Part shown: piece by piece, positions 1-9,492 of the stretch
How positions within the stretch are numbered: position 1 is the first letter of the stretch
Layout: each line of letters opens with the position of its first letter
DNA from: Thermotogota bacterium
GTDB lineage: Bacteria > Bipolaricaulota > Bipolaricaulia > UBA7950 > UBA9294
Assembly (NCBI GenBank): GCA_039679545.1
Contig: JBDKUT010000127.1
Coordinates: 1-37,050 of the forward strand
Length of the DNA stretch: 37,050 nucleotides
Direction of reading: 5' to 3'
Translations under genes and position numbers: made by a program
Notes under the pieces: generated by a model
Told to the model about the DNA's origin: nothing
What the model saw: the letters and a program-made list of their open reading frames with translations, nothing else
Database searches by the model: none

Positions 1-19
1 GGAACTTTCCAGGACGGAG

Positions 20-307
20 ATGCTTCCTGGAATCACACGGCGGGCGGTGTGGCTCGACAACGTCATGTTGACGTTCTTCACCTTCGAGCCGGGATCCGTC
101 GTCCCGGAGCACCAACATCCCCACGAACAAGTCACCATCGTGATTCAAGGCGCCATGGAGTTCTGTCTCGAAGGAACAACAAGAGTCCTGCGTGCCGGAG
201 ACGGTGCCTGCATCCCTCCCGGCGTCTTCCACAGCGCTCGAATCCTCTCCGAGCCCACCGTGGCTTACGACGCTTGGAGTCCCCCGCGCGACGACTACAA
301 GCGCTAG
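20..307 (+). CDS. Cupin domain protein (probably 5'-truncated by the window edge)
   Basis: PEHQHPHEQ...G...F and GD..CIPPGVFHS cupin motifs; the frame is open back to position 2, so the true start may lie upstream. Confidence 0.85.
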   Translation: MLPGITRRAVWLDNVMLTFFTFEPGSVVPEHQHPHEQVTIVIQGAMEFCLEGTTRVLRAGDGACIPPGVFHSARILSEPTVAYDAWSPPRDDYKR

Positions 308-360
308 AACCTGGTAGGACCCGGTACTTTCATCTAGAACGCCGTCGCCGCGATCCCCTA

Positions 361-389
361 TTGACGCGCGCTCCTTCGTCCGCTATAGT
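361..389 (+). promoter_or_regulatory. Sigma70-type promoter for the trpB2 leader
   Basis: TTGACG (361-366), 17-bp spacer, TATAGT (384-389). Confidence 0.8.
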
Positions 390-416
390 GGCCGGGCTAT
401 CAAAGGAGGAAACGCT

Positions 417-449
417 ATGCGACGAGGGAGGTGTCTTTGGCTCGTCTAG
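417..449 (+). CDS. Putative Trp-containing leader peptide MRRGRCLWLV
   Basis: AAAGGAGG RBS (402-409), ATG 417, TGG at 438-440, TAG 447-449; lies between the promoter and trpB2. Confidence 0.65.
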   Translation: MRRGRCLWLV

Positions 450-593
450 AGTCTCGGTGGACTCCATCGGAGTCGTAGCCGTCGTCGCACGTTTCTCCGC
501 TTATCTTCTACCGATCCCTCCGTTTGAGCGTTGGTGGCGACCTTTCTTTGACGTTGCGGTCTCTCACTAGAACCCTCCAAGAAAGGAAAGCCC

Positions 594-1955
594 ATGCAAA
601 CAATGTTTACGCTCGACCAGAGTGACCTCCCAAGGCGTTGGTACAACGTGCTCCCCGACCTTTCTACGCCCCTCGATGCCCCGCTTCACCCCAAGACGCG
701 CGAGCCGATCGAGCCCGAAGCGCTGCTGGACCTCTTCGCCCGCACGTGCGTCGAGCAGGAGGTGGCCACCGATCGCTGGATCGACATCCCGGACCCGGTC
801 CTGGACGTCTACCGCCGCTGGAGACCGACGCCTCTTCTTCGCGCCACCCATCTAGAGCGCGCTCTGAGCACGCCGGCGCACATCTACTTGAAGTATGAGG
901 GCGCAAGTCCCACGGGATCTCACAAGACGAACACGGCTGTGCCTCAGGCGTACTACAACCAGATCGAGGGCACGAAGAACCTAACGACCGAGACCGGCGC
1001 AGGCCAATGGGGCAGCGCTCTGGCATTCGCGTGCCAGACGTTCGGACTGGGTTGCACGGTCTTCATGGTCCGCAGTTCCTACGACCAGAAACCGTACCGA
1101 AAGGCGATGATGTCGCTGTTTGGAGCGCGAGTGCACGCCTCGCCCTCGTCGGAGACTCAAGCAGGACGGGACGCCCTGGCCCACAACCGTGAGACCCCAG
1201 GCTCTCTCGGCCTTGCCATCTCCGAAGCGGTGGAAGCGGCACGCTCGGGAACCGGGACGAAGTACTCGCTCGGCAGCGTGCTCAACCACGTCCTCCTCCA
1301 CCAGACGATCATCGGACTCGAGGCCGAGCGCCAGATGGAGATCGCTGGAGAGTCTCCCGATGTGGTGGTGGCCTGCGTCGGTGGCGGGTCGAACTTCGGC
1401 GGCCTTGTCCTTCCCTTCTATCGCGCTGCCCGCGAACACGGTCGTGCGACGCGATTCGTCGCCGTCGAGCCGGAGGCATGCCCGAGCCTCACACACGGCG
1501 AATACCGCTACGATTTCGGTGACACCGCCAAGACAACGCCTCTCCTGCGGATGCACACGCTGGGCCACGACTTCGTTCCACCACCGATTCATGCCGGCGG
1601 ACTTCGGTACCACGGCATGGCGCCCATCGTCAGTCGGCTTGTGGAGGACGGCGTCGTCGAACCCAGAGCTTGCAGCCAGCTGGACGTCTTCGCGAGTGCC
1701 GTTCTCTTCGCGAGAACTGAGGGAATCATCCCCGCACCAGAGACGGCGCACGCAGTGCACGCCGCCGTGCAGATCGCGCGCGAGTGTGCAACGACGGGCG
1801 ACTCCAAGACGATCCTCATCGGATTCTCTGGCCACGGTCACTTCGATATGAGCGCGTACTCGGCGTACCTTGCCGGGGAATTGGCACGCGCCGAGCCGAC
1901 GGATCGAGTCTACGTCCGCGCAGCGGCGGCAGCGGCCACACGTCTCTACTGCTAA
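594..1955 (+). CDS. trpB2: TrpB2-type tryptophan synthase beta-like PLP enzyme
   Basis: GSHK PLP lysine, [25 protein letters not shown]-terminal P..WYN extension typical of TrpB2; RBS AAGGA; no trpA adjacent. Confidence 0.93.
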   Translation: MQTMFTLDQSDLPRRWYNVLPDLSTPLDAPLHPKTREPIEPEALLDLFARTCVEQEVATDRWIDIPDPVLDVYRRWRPTPLLRATHLERALSTPAHIYLKYEGASPTGSHKTNTAVPQAYYNQIEGTKNLTTETGAGQWGSALAFACQTFGLGCTVFMVRSSYDQKPYRKAMMSLFGARVHASPSSETQAGRDALAHNRETPGSLGLAISEAVEAARSGTGTKYSLGSVLNHVLLHQTIIGLEAERQMEIAGESPDVVVACVGGGSNFGGLVLPFYRAAREHGRATRFVAVEPEACPSLTHGEYRYDFGDTAKTTPLLRMHTLGHDFVPPPIHAGGLRYHGMAPIVSRLVEDGVVEPRACSQLDVFASAVLFARTEGIIPAPETAHAVHAAVQIARECATTGDSKTILIGFSGHGHFDMSAYSAYLAGELARAEPTDRVYVRAAAAAATRLYC

Positions 1956-1977
1956 CCACCTTACGCGAAGCCTTGTG

Positions 1978-2005
1978 GAGGGACCGGCCTTCGGGCCGGT
2001 CCCTC
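1978..2005 (+). terminator. GC-rich hairpin downstream of trpB2
   Basis: GAGGGACCGGCC-TTCG-GGCCGGTCCCTC, perfect 12-bp stem with cUUCGg loop; no strong U-tract. Confidence 0.65.
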
Positions 2006-2086
2006 ACGTTCCCTACAGGTCCACTTGTCCGATCGAACCGGTTTCGCGAAGATCCAAGTAAGACACACAAGGTAGGGTGGTCATCG

Positions 2087-2224
2087 ATGGATGATCCTCG
2101 GCGTGTGAGAAATGGTTTGAGCGAAGACTGGTTGTCGGTGCTCGTCGGCCTCTTGGTGGTCCTTCTCGTCGCCCTCGGCGGGCTGGCCCGCGTACCGTGG
2201 CCCTTGTTCGGATGGTTCCGGTAG
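2087..2224 (+). CDS. 45-aa membrane protein (SEDW motif), partner or split N-terminus of the YeiH transporter
   Basis: MDDPRRVRNGLSEDWLSVLVGLLVVLLVALGGLARVPWPLFGWFR; its stop overlaps the AGGAGG RBS of the next gene. Confidence 0.75.
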   Translation: MDDPRRVRNGLSEDWLSVLVGLLVVLLVALGGLARVPWPLFGWFR

Positions 2225-2231
2225 GAGGCCC

Positions 2232-3293
2232 ATGACGACCAAGAAACGTCTGTCCGCCGGCCTTGTCATCGGTCTTGTGCTTGTCGGTGTCCTGACCGTC
2301 CTCGTCGCGGAGTTCGACGCCGCGATCGGTCAGTGGTTTGCGGACCGCGGGGTGGCGCAAAACCCACTTGAGTATCCGCTCGTCGCCGTCGCGCTGGGCC
2401 TCGTAGCGAACGCGGTCCTGCGGGGAACGAGGTCCCACGCGTTCGTCCGCCCCGGGATTCGCACCGAGCTCTTCCTCAAGGTCGGTCTCGTCCTGATGGC
2501 CGCCGGCCTGAACATCAACATCATCATGAAGGACGGGGCCGCTGGCCTGCTGCAGGCGCTCATCCTCGTAACATCGGTTTTCTTCTTCACCTGGTGGATC
2601 GCGACGCGGTTCGGGTTGCCCCCCCAACTCAAAGCCGTCATGGCCTGTGCGATCTCGATCTGTGGAGTGTCCGCGGCCATTGCGGCGGCGGGCGCGGTCC
2701 TCGCAAAGAAAAAAGAGATCACGTACGTCACGGCACTTGTGATCGTGACCGCTCTTCCGCTCATGGTGCTCATGCCGTGGATCGCCCACGCCATCGGGCT
2801 GTCCGAGACCGTGGCCGGTGCGTGGTTCGGCGGCAACATTGATACGACGGCGGCCGTCGTCGGTGCCGGCACGCTGTACGGGGAGGTAGCGCAACAGACG
2901 GCGTCCGTCGTGAAGATGGCTCAGAACGCGCTGATCGGCGTGGTCGCGTTCCTCCTCGCTACGTACTTCGTCGTGAGGGTCGAACGAAAACCCGACGAGC
3001 GGCCGAGCGCCGCCGTCATCTGGCAGAGGTTCCCGAAGTTCATCCTCGGCTTTGTCCTCGTGTCGGTCCTCGCGTCGACCGGGGTCCTAACAGGGAACGC
3101 CGTCACCGTTCTGAAGGCGCTATCGAAGTGGGCGTTCGCCGCGGCATTTCTCTGCATCGGGTTGGAGCTTTCGGTCCGGGAGCTTACTGCCATGGGCTGG
3201 CGGCCCGTGGTCGTGTACCTGTCCGCCACCGTCTTCAACACGGCCCTCGCCTTCGGCGTGGCGTGGCTAATCTTCGGTGTCTTGTGGGCGTAG
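2232..3293 (+). CDS. YeiH/UPF0324 family (putative sulfate exporter) membrane transporter
   Basis: Multiple TM helices; ISICGVSAAIAA, GAWFGGNIDTTAAVVGAG and RFPKFILGF motifs. Confidence 0.9.
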   Translation: MTTKKRLSAGLVIGLVLVGVLTVLVAEFDAAIGQWFADRGVAQNPLEYPLVAVALGLVANAVLRGTRSHAFVRPGIRTELFLKVGLVLMAAGLNINIIMKDGAAGLLQALILVTSVFFFTWWIATRFGLPPQLKAVMACAISICGVSAAIAAAGAVLAKKKEITYVTALVIVTALPLMVLMPWIAHAIGLSETVAGAWFGGNIDTTAAVVGAGTLYGEVAQQTASVVKMAQNALIGVVAFLLATYFVVRVERKPDERPSAAVIWQRFPKFILGFVLVSVLASTGVLTGNAVTVLKALSKWAFAAAFLCIGLELSVRELTAMGWRPVVVYLSATVFNTALAFGVAWLIFGVLWA

Positions 3294-3353
3294 GCCGAAG
3301 CAACGTTCCGTGGGCCGTCCGCACGAGGAACAGAATCGCGATGAGGTGAGCTT

Positions 3354-3941
3354 GTGACGCTGTTGTCCGCGCTCTTGCTGGTGTTTCTGGTGATGGATCC
3401 TCTGGGGAACATCCCCCTTTTCCTCGTGCTGCTCGAGAGCGTCGATCCCAAGCGAAGACGCACCATCCTTGTACGCGAGTCGCTGTTTGCCCTCGGGTTC
3501 CTCCTCCTCTTCCTCTACCTCGGTCGCTACGTCCTCGGGATGCTCGGGATCTCCCAGGAGGCGCTCGGGATCGCGGGAGGCGTTGTCCTCTTCCTCATCG
3601 CGCTGCGGATGATCTTCCCACAGCCCGGCGGCATGTTTGGCCCGACACCCCGGGGAGAGCCGTTCATCGTCCCGATCGCCGTCCCGCTCATCGCCGGTCC
3701 CTCCGCTCTGGCCACGGTCATGCTCCTCGCAACAAGAGAGCCGGAGCGATTGGGAACGTGGGCGCTTGCCGTCCTCGGCGCGTGGTGCGCCTCAACGTTC
3801 CTTCTCGTCTCCGCCGAGAGCCTCCGACGGGTGTTACGCCCCCGAGGTCTCGTCGCCATCGAACGGCTGATGGGAATGATCCTCATGACCGTCGCGGTCG
3901 AGATGCTCCTCTCGGGAATCCGCGAGTTCCTCGGCACGTGA
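3354..3941 (+). CDS. MarC/YhgN (NAAT) family membrane protein
   Basis: VMDPLGNIPLF, PIAVPLIAGP, ERLMGMIL motifs; GTG start after GAGGTG. Confidence 0.92.
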   Translation: MTLLSALLLVFLVMDPLGNIPLFLVLLESVDPKRRRTILVRESLFALGFLLLFLYLGRYVLGMLGISQEALGIAGGVVLFLIALRMIFPQPGGMFGPTPRGEPFIVPIAVPLIAGPSALATVMLLATREPERLGTWALAVLGAWCASTFLLVSAESLRRVLRPRGLVAIERLMGMILMTVAVEMLLSGIREFLGT

Positions 3942-4009
3942 ATTGACCTCCCGCCGACAGAACCGACGCCAAGCTTGTGGGTTCTCGCTCCATTCGGTAG
4001 GGTAGGTCC

Positions 4010-4468
4010 ATGCACACGGTCGGCGGCCTTGCCCTCGTGTTCCTCTACGAAGTCGGAACCGCCCTCGTGCTCCCTACGCCAAGCGAGCTGCCCGTGATCG
4101 GCCATAGTTGGCTTCCGATCGGATGGGTCTTCGTCTTCGCCGTGGCCGGGAAGATCCTAGGGTCCTACCTCGTCTTCTTTCTTGGGGATCGGATGAAAGA
4201 GACGGCCCGCTTCCGTCGGCTGGCCGATCGCTACGCTTGGATCCGCGCCGTGCTATCCTGGAGCGAGCGGTTTGTACGCCGTTACGGGGTGGTCGCGGTG
4301 TTCGTTCTCCTCTCGATCCCGGGATTCCCAGACACCGTCTCTCTCTACCTCTTTGCCGTCGTCGGCCGAAGGCCTGTCCTCTTCGCGATCGCGGCGGGCT
4401 TGGGCACGGCGGTCCGAATGGGCCTCGTTCTCGCTGGGGTACTCGGCTTCCAGCACGCCACGGCCTAG
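4010..4468 (+). CDS. DedA/VTT (SNARE-associated) family membrane protein
   Basis: LPTPSE, GKILGSYLVFFLG, F.RRYG...VF...IPGFPD pattern. Confidence 0.75.
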   Translation: MHTVGGLALVFLYEVGTALVLPTPSELPVIGHSWLPIGWVFVFAVAGKILGSYLVFFLGDRMKETARFRRLADRYAWIRAVLSWSERFVRRYGVVAVFVLLSIPGFPDTVSLYLFAVVGRRPVLFAIAAGLGTAVRMGLVLAGVLGFQHATA

Positions 4469-5130
4469 CGTGTGACGTTCTTGAGCAGTGACGCGACCGC
4501 GTCGGCGCTGAAGCAGCCGCCGTGCGCCGTGTGGAAGCGCTCGACACCTCGCACGAGGAGGAGGCGCAGGCTTTCTTCCCACGCAACGGCATCCTCGAGG
4601 AAGAACGGAACCGTCGGTCTTCGGGGACCGATGGAACGTCCCATAAGCAAGTCCCCTACGACCGCATCGTGGCCCACCTGCACGGAAAGACATCCGCGGG
4701 TGTGCCCGGCCGTGGGAACGAGGGATCCTGCGGTTCCGTACGGCTCCAGACTGATCTCGTGGTCAACGATCAGGTCGGGCTCCACGCAAGGCGGGCGCGG
4801 GCCGTGCCGAAGGACGGAAGCAACGACCCGTCCGAGACGTGTCCGAGGCCGTAGCGCCGCGTTCTGTCCCGCACGCAGCGGAGCTGCGGCGTCTCGATGA
4901 CACGCGACGGGGGCCCTCGCCGCACAGCAGATCCACGGAAGACCGCCGGTGTGGTCGACGTGGGCGTGCGTCACGACCACGAGGGCGATGTCCACAGGGG
5001 CAAGTCCGAGCTGGTGGAGGTAACGGCACAGCACCCCGTGTTGTCCGGGCATCCCCGCATCCACGAGGATCGGAGCGGAGCCGCGAACGAGGTAGGCACT
5101 CGCTCGGCTCAGCGGGAGACACACAACCAT
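4465..5130 (-). CDS. Metallo-beta-lactamase-fold hydrolase
   Basis: LVDAG, THAHVDHTGG, GHTRG, GDL, AHG metal ligands; start uncertain (ATG 5130 or GTG 5166). Confidence 0.88.
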   Translation of the reverse strand: MVVCLPLSRASAYLVRGSAPILVDAGMPGQHGVLCRYLHQLGLAPVDIALVVVTHAHVDHTGGLPWICCAARAPVACHRDAAAPLRAGQNAALRPRTRLGRVVASVLRHGPRPPCVEPDLIVDHEISLEPYGTAGSLVPTAGHTRGCLSVQVGHDAVVGDLLMGRSIGPRRPTVPFFLEDAVAWEESLRLLLVRGVERFHTAHGGCFSADAVASLLKNVTR

Positions 5131-5272
5131 CCCACCGCCGTGAGAAGGCTCCCTTCGTACGCTCACGGCCCCGATTCTCCGCAACAGGGGAGGAGCCGTC
5201 CAGGGCAGCCGTCGGTGAAGCAGGTCTGGAGAGCGGCTCGTCGCGGTTTCCCCGACTCGGTAGAATCCCGCC

Positions 5273-6868
5273 ATGCACTGGCTCTTCACTCCGGCTGCAG
5301 GAATTCTCTTCTTAGCGACGGCTCTGGCACTCGTCGCGGCCGGCTTGATGTGGAATCGCAGATTCGTGCCCGGAGGAATCCTCCTCTTTCTACTCATGCT
5401 CGGGGTGGCCGAGTACACGTTGGCATCTGGTCTGGAGGCGGCGTCGGTCACGCTCTTCTGGAAGAACCTCTGGGCGAAGTGCCAGTACGTCGGATCGGGG
5501 ACGGTGTCAACACTCTTGCTCCTGTTCGCTGCGAAGTACACAGGGCACGACCGCTGGCTTCGAGGCTGGCGTCGCTACGTGGTGTGGATCATCCCGATTG
5601 CGAACGTTGCTGCCGTGTCGACAAACGAGTTTCACCACTGGGTCTGGACCGGATTCCTGCCCGGTGCCCCCGGCACGAACACGCTCATCTATCTTCACGG
5701 ACCTGGATTCTACTTGGCCGTCAGCGCGCTGTACGGGTACCTTGGAATCGCGTGCTTTCTGCTCATCGGCGCCGCCGTACGCCCGGTCGTGATCCGCCGG
5801 CGCCAGTCCGTCACCGTCTTGCTGGGTACACTCTTCCCCCTTGCAGCAGGCCTCCTCTACATCTTCGGCATCACGCCACTTGCGGGGCTTGACTTGGTTC
5901 CCATCGCCTGCTTCTTCTCGGCAGGCGTTCTGATCGCGAGCGTCGGAGCGTTCCGCGTCTTCGATCTCGTGCCAATCGCTCGCGATGCGCTTGTCGAGGA
6001 GATGCCAGACGCCGTGTTGGTTGTGGATGGAACACAGCGGCTTGTCGACCTGAACCCTTCGGCCAAACGACTCCTAGGGCTCGACTCCACAGCCATCGGC
6101 CAACGCGCCGTGGAGGCGGTCGGAGCCTGGCGCGAGATCGAAGCTCGCTGCTGCGACGAGCACGGCGGCCACGCCGAGCTGGCGCTCAGCGCCGAACCTC
6201 CTCTCTTCGCCGACGTTCGCGTCTCTCCTCTCCTCGACCGAGACCGACGGGCCTCCGGCTTCCTCGTCGTGTTGCGCGACATCACCGCGCGGCACGCCGC
6301 GGAGACGGAACTGCAGGACGCCCATCGACGGCTTGAGTTGCACGTCGAACGGATCGAAGCTCTGCAGACAAAGCTGAGAGAGCAAGCGATTCGCGACGCA
6401 TTGACGGGGTTGTTCAACCGCCGCTATCTCGACGAGACCCTCCCCCGCGACATCGAGCGAGCGTCGTACGACCACAGTGCGTTCTCCGCGATCATGCTAG
6501 ACATCGACCACTTCAAGCAGGTCAACGACCAGTACGGGCACGAGGAAGGCGATCGGATGCTTGAGATTCTCGGCCGGCTCCTGCGCGAGCGAACGCGGCC
6601 GGGCGACATCGCATGTCGCTACGGTGGTGAGGAGTTTGTCTTGATCCTGCTTCGGACCCCGCTCGACGTCGCCCGAGCCCGCGCGGAAGACCTCTTGGCG
6701 GCATTCCGGGAACTCTCCCGAGAGCGAGGCCACCCTGTTACCCTCTCGGCCGGAGTCGCTGTCTTCCCGACGCATGGCCGCACGCAAGACGACCTTCTAC
6801 GCGCCGCCGACGAAGCCCTCTACGGGGCGAAGCTCGCCGGCCGGAACCGCGTCCACGTACCCACTTAG
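5273..6868 (+). CDS. Diguanylate cyclase with N-terminal HisKA-7TM sensor and PAS domain
   Basis: 7 TM N-terminus, PAS (MPDAVLVVD), DALTGLFNRR, RPGD I-site and intact GGEEF. Confidence 0.93.
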   Translation: MHWLFTPAAGILFLATALALVAAGLMWNRRFVPGGILLFLLMLGVAEYTLASGLEAASVTLFWKNLWAKCQYVGSGTVSTLLLLFAAKYTGHDRWLRGWRRYVVWIIPIANVAAVSTNEFHHWVWTGFLPGAPGTNTLIYLHGPGFYLAVSALYGYLGIACFLLIGAAVRPVVIRRRQSVTVLLGTLFPLAAGLLYIFGITPLAGLDLVPIACFFSAGVLIASVGAFRVFDLVPIARDALVEEMPDAVLVVDGTQRLVDLNPSAKRLLGLDSTAIGQRAVEAVGAWREIEARCCDEHGGHAELALSAEPPLFADVRVSPLLDRDRRASGFLVVLRDITARHAAETELQDAHRRLELHVERIEALQTKLREQAIRDALTGLFNRRYLDETLPRDIERASYDHSAFSAIMLDIDHFKQVNDQYGHEEGDRMLEILGRLLRERTRPGDIACRYGGEEFVLILLRTPLDVARARAEDLLAAFRELSRERGHPVTLSAGVAVFPTHGRTQDDLLRAADEALYGAKLAGRNRVHVPT

Positions 6869-6895
6869 CGGATCTCGCGTGGCGGGCTTGTTGCT

Positions 6896-8026
6896 CTACC
6901 GGTGGATCAAGCGTCCGAGAAGCGGCACGCCGATCTCGATCGCGCCCTCCGGACAGAGTTCCTGGCAGCAGTAGCAGCGTATGCATCGGTCGTAGCGGTG
7001 AACCGGTGGAGACCCGGCCGTCTCGAACTCGACGGCCTTTGGAGTTACGGGGCACACGCGAACACAGGTGCCGCATCGAGTACACGTCACCTCTCGAATG
7101 ACAGGTCGCGGAACGACGAGACGTCGTGCAATCCGGCCGACGCGTCCGAGTCGCCCGGTCGTCGACCGAGGACCTCGGTTGACCTCGAAGTCACGCGCTA
7201 CAAGAGCGTCGACGGGATCTCCGACGATGTCGATGGCTTCGAGGCTGCCGAGGTCGAACGTCTCGCCGTAGACAATCGGCGGAACGAGTCGGGGATCGAG
7301 GTCAATCAAGCGGCAAACCGTCGCATCGAGAGCCACCGGGTCTTCGGACAGAAGGATCACGTTCATCGAACGCGGCCGTCCGCTCTGGGGCCCGTTCCCC
7401 TCCATGGCCACAATCCCATCGACGACAAAGAGGCGCGGCCGAAGCAGGAGATTTAGGTCGACCAGCATTTGGGAGAACAAGTCGGCGTTGGGAAGGCGAG
7501 CATGGAACTCCGCTTTGAGAACTCCTGGAATGCAGCCGAACTGGTTCTTGATCGCGCCGGTGATCCGCGTCAGCCCGTGTGTCTTGAGCTTCGCGATCGA
7601 CACGAGACCGTCCGCGTCGAGCGCCCCACGTGCGATCGTGAACTGCTTGATCAGATGGCCGCCCGGGAACGACACGGTCTCTCCAGAGCCGAAATCCGCA
7701 GCCGGGATGGCCAGGTCGCGCGCCACCTGGGCGATCCCCGCCCGCTCCGCCACGCCTTCGGTTCGTCCAAACCCGGGGGAATCCCCATACGACAGCCGTG
7801 CGTCTACTCCGCCGAACGACCGCGCCACGGCACGGAAGACACTCGGGTGGGTCGTCACCGCGCGCTCCGCTTCCCGGCCCACAAGCAGGTTCGGCTTGAG
7901 GACGATCGACTCACCAGGCCGGGCAAACCGTTCCACGCCGCCGAGCAAGCTCAGTCCGCGCCGTATGGCGGTGTCGACGTCCTCGTCTCGATACGAGCTG
8001 CAGCGAACCACGGCCACCGTGCTCAT
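6896..8026 (-). CDS. DUF362 protein with C-terminal 2x[4Fe-4S] ferredoxin domain
   Basis: LKPNLL, TTHP, KLKTH..T..TGAIKNQFGC, AMEGNGP; CxxCxxCxxxCP twice; ATGA overlap with the CDF stop. Confidence 0.9.
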   Translation of the reverse strand: MSTVAVVRCSSYRDEDVDTAIRRGLSLLGGVERFARPGESIVLKPNLLVGREAERAVTTHPSVFRAVARSFGGVDARLSYGDSPGFGRTEGVAERAGIAQVARDLAIPAADFGSGETVSFPGGHLIKQFTIARGALDADGLVSIAKLKTHGLTRITGAIKNQFGCIPGVLKAEFHARLPNADLFSQMLVDLNLLLRPRLFVVDGIVAMEGNGPQSGRPRSMNVILLSEDPVALDATVCRLIDLDPRLVPPIVYGETFDLGSLEAIDIVGDPVDALVARDFEVNRGPRSTTGRLGRVGRIARRLVVPRPVIREVTCTRCGTCVRVCPVTPKAVEFETAGSPPVHRYDRCIRCYCCQELCPEGAIEIGVPLLGRLIHR

Positions 8027-8946
8027 TCGCGCTCCCGACACCGACACCCGTCGCCGGCGTCGTCGCACGCCGGCCCCGTTTGGCTCTCGAACTCAATCGT
8101 CGCGTGGAGGACGCCGAACCGCTTCAGCCCTTCCTTCACCTGTCGGCGCAGGGCGGCCACATCGGCGTATGAGTCAGCATTGGCAATCACGGCGTGCGTC
8201 GTGAGCACGTGATCCGTGCCGTCTTGCGACCAGATGTGAGTGTGATGAACGTCATAGATGCCGGGGATGGCGCGGATTGCGTCTTCGACCTCGGCGACCT
8301 TCAGCGTCTCCGGGACCCCCTGCAGAAGGATGACGAACGTCTCCTTCACCCTCTTGCCAACATTCCACAGAACAAAGAGCGTAATACCCATGGCAAGAAC
8401 TGGATCGAGAATCGGCACCGACCAGAAGAGCATCACCAGACCGACCACAAGAACGGCGACCCACCCGAGCACATCCTCAATGAAGTGCCACGTCACGACC
8501 CGTTCGTTCAGGCTTTTTCCGCCCCGCATCCGGAGGGCCGACAAGCCGTTGACCGTGATCCCAATCCCCGCGAGAAGAAGCATGCCACGCGCGTTCGTCG
8601 TCTGCGGCGCGAAGAGGCGTGGAACGGACTGCAGGAGAACGACGATGCCTCCCGCAAGGAGCACGGCGCTCATCGTCAGCGCTCCGAGGAGAGAGAAACG
8701 CCGGTACCCGAATGTGTAGACCTCATCTCCGGTCCGCTTGGAGATCCGGATAAGCCGCCAAGATAGGGCGAGAGCCACGCAGTCGCCGAAATCATGCAGG
8801 GCATCGGACAGGACTGCCACGCTGTTCGTCCACAGCCCACCGACGAGTTCGAGGATCGCAAACGAGAGGTTGAGGACGAAGGCCGTGCCGACCCTCCTCC
8901 CGCTCGCGTCATGTTCTCCAGAGTGGCTGTGCCCGGAGTGGGACAT
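8023..8946 (-). CDS. Cation diffusion facilitator (CzcD/ZitB-like) transporter
   Basis: His-rich N-terminus, SDALHDFGD, TFGYRR, HFIED, HHTHIWS; RBS AGGAG upstream of ATG 8946. Confidence 0.93.
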   Translation of the reverse strand: MSHSGHSHSGEHDASGRRVGTAFVLNLSFAILELVGGLWTNSVAVLSDALHDFGDCVALALSWRLIRISKRTGDEVYTFGYRRFSLLGALTMSAVLLAGGIVVLLQSVPRLFAPQTTNARGMLLLAGIGITVNGLSALRMRGGKSLNERVVTWHFIEDVLGWVAVLVVGLVMLFWSVPILDPVLAMGITLFVLWNVGKRVKETFVILLQGVPETLKVAEVEDAIRAIPGIYDVHHTHIWSQDGTDHVLTTHAVIANADSYADVAALRRQVKEGLKRFGVLHATIEFESQTGPACDDAGDGCRCRERE

Positions 8947-9084
8947 GGAGACTCTCCTGCGTCCGACGCTTCTGCTCGAAGCCTCCCAGCGCATCGTCGG
9001 GGATGCCGGAGAAAAGACAGGCCCGCCGTCCGAGGAGGCTTCACGCCTCGGGCGGCGAGTCCGAGTTCCGCTTCGATCTCTCGA

Positions 9085-9363
9085 TCACGACTCCTCTGTT
9101 AAGTACTGAAGAAACGCGTTGAACATCTGCTCCAGCCGTTTGATATCCACGGAGTAGTAACGGTTCTGCGCGTCCCGGCGAACGGTGACCAGATCCTGCT
9201 GTCGGAGCACCTGAAGATGTCGGGAGACCGTAGGCCCCGCAAGCTCAAGGGCCGCCGTGAGTTCGTCCACCGACATCTCTCCGTTCTGGCTCAGCAACTT
9301 CAGAATGGTCGTTCGTGATCGACTCGATAGTGACTTAAAGATTGCAGCATGCGGATCTACCAT
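9085..9363 (-). CDS. ArsR/SmtB family transcriptional regulator
   Basis: FKSLS..SR..ILKLL, SV.EL...L....PTVSRHL.VLR...LV..RR....RYYS; RBS AGGAGG. Confidence 0.9.
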   Translation of the reverse strand: MVDPHAAIFKSLSSRSRTTILKLLSQNGEMSVDELTAALELAGPTVSRHLQVLRQQDLVTVRRDAQNRYYSVDIKRLEQMFNAFLQYLTEES

Positions 9364-9404
9364 CCCGTGCCTCCTATCGATCACGTGATCTCAATGAAGG
9401 TCTA

Positions 9405-9460
9405 TTGACAAGACCACGAGGAGTAGTATAATGCTTCTTGCGCATCTAGACAAATGCGCA
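9405..9460. promoter_or_regulatory. Bidirectional promoter with inverted-repeat operator
   Basis: Plus: TTGACA (9405-9410)-N16-TATAAT (9427-9432). Minus: TTGTCT (9453-9448)-N17-TATACT (9430-9425). IR TGCGCAT-N8-ATGCGCA (9439-9460). Confidence 0.8.
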
Positions 9461-9492
9461 CATAGCACGTCACCGAAGAGGAGGTGGCAACC

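Noticed and set aside
4465..5130. MBL-fold gene as a beta-lactamase
   Set aside because: No signal peptide and a generic HxHxDH hydrolase pattern; resistance cannot be inferred.
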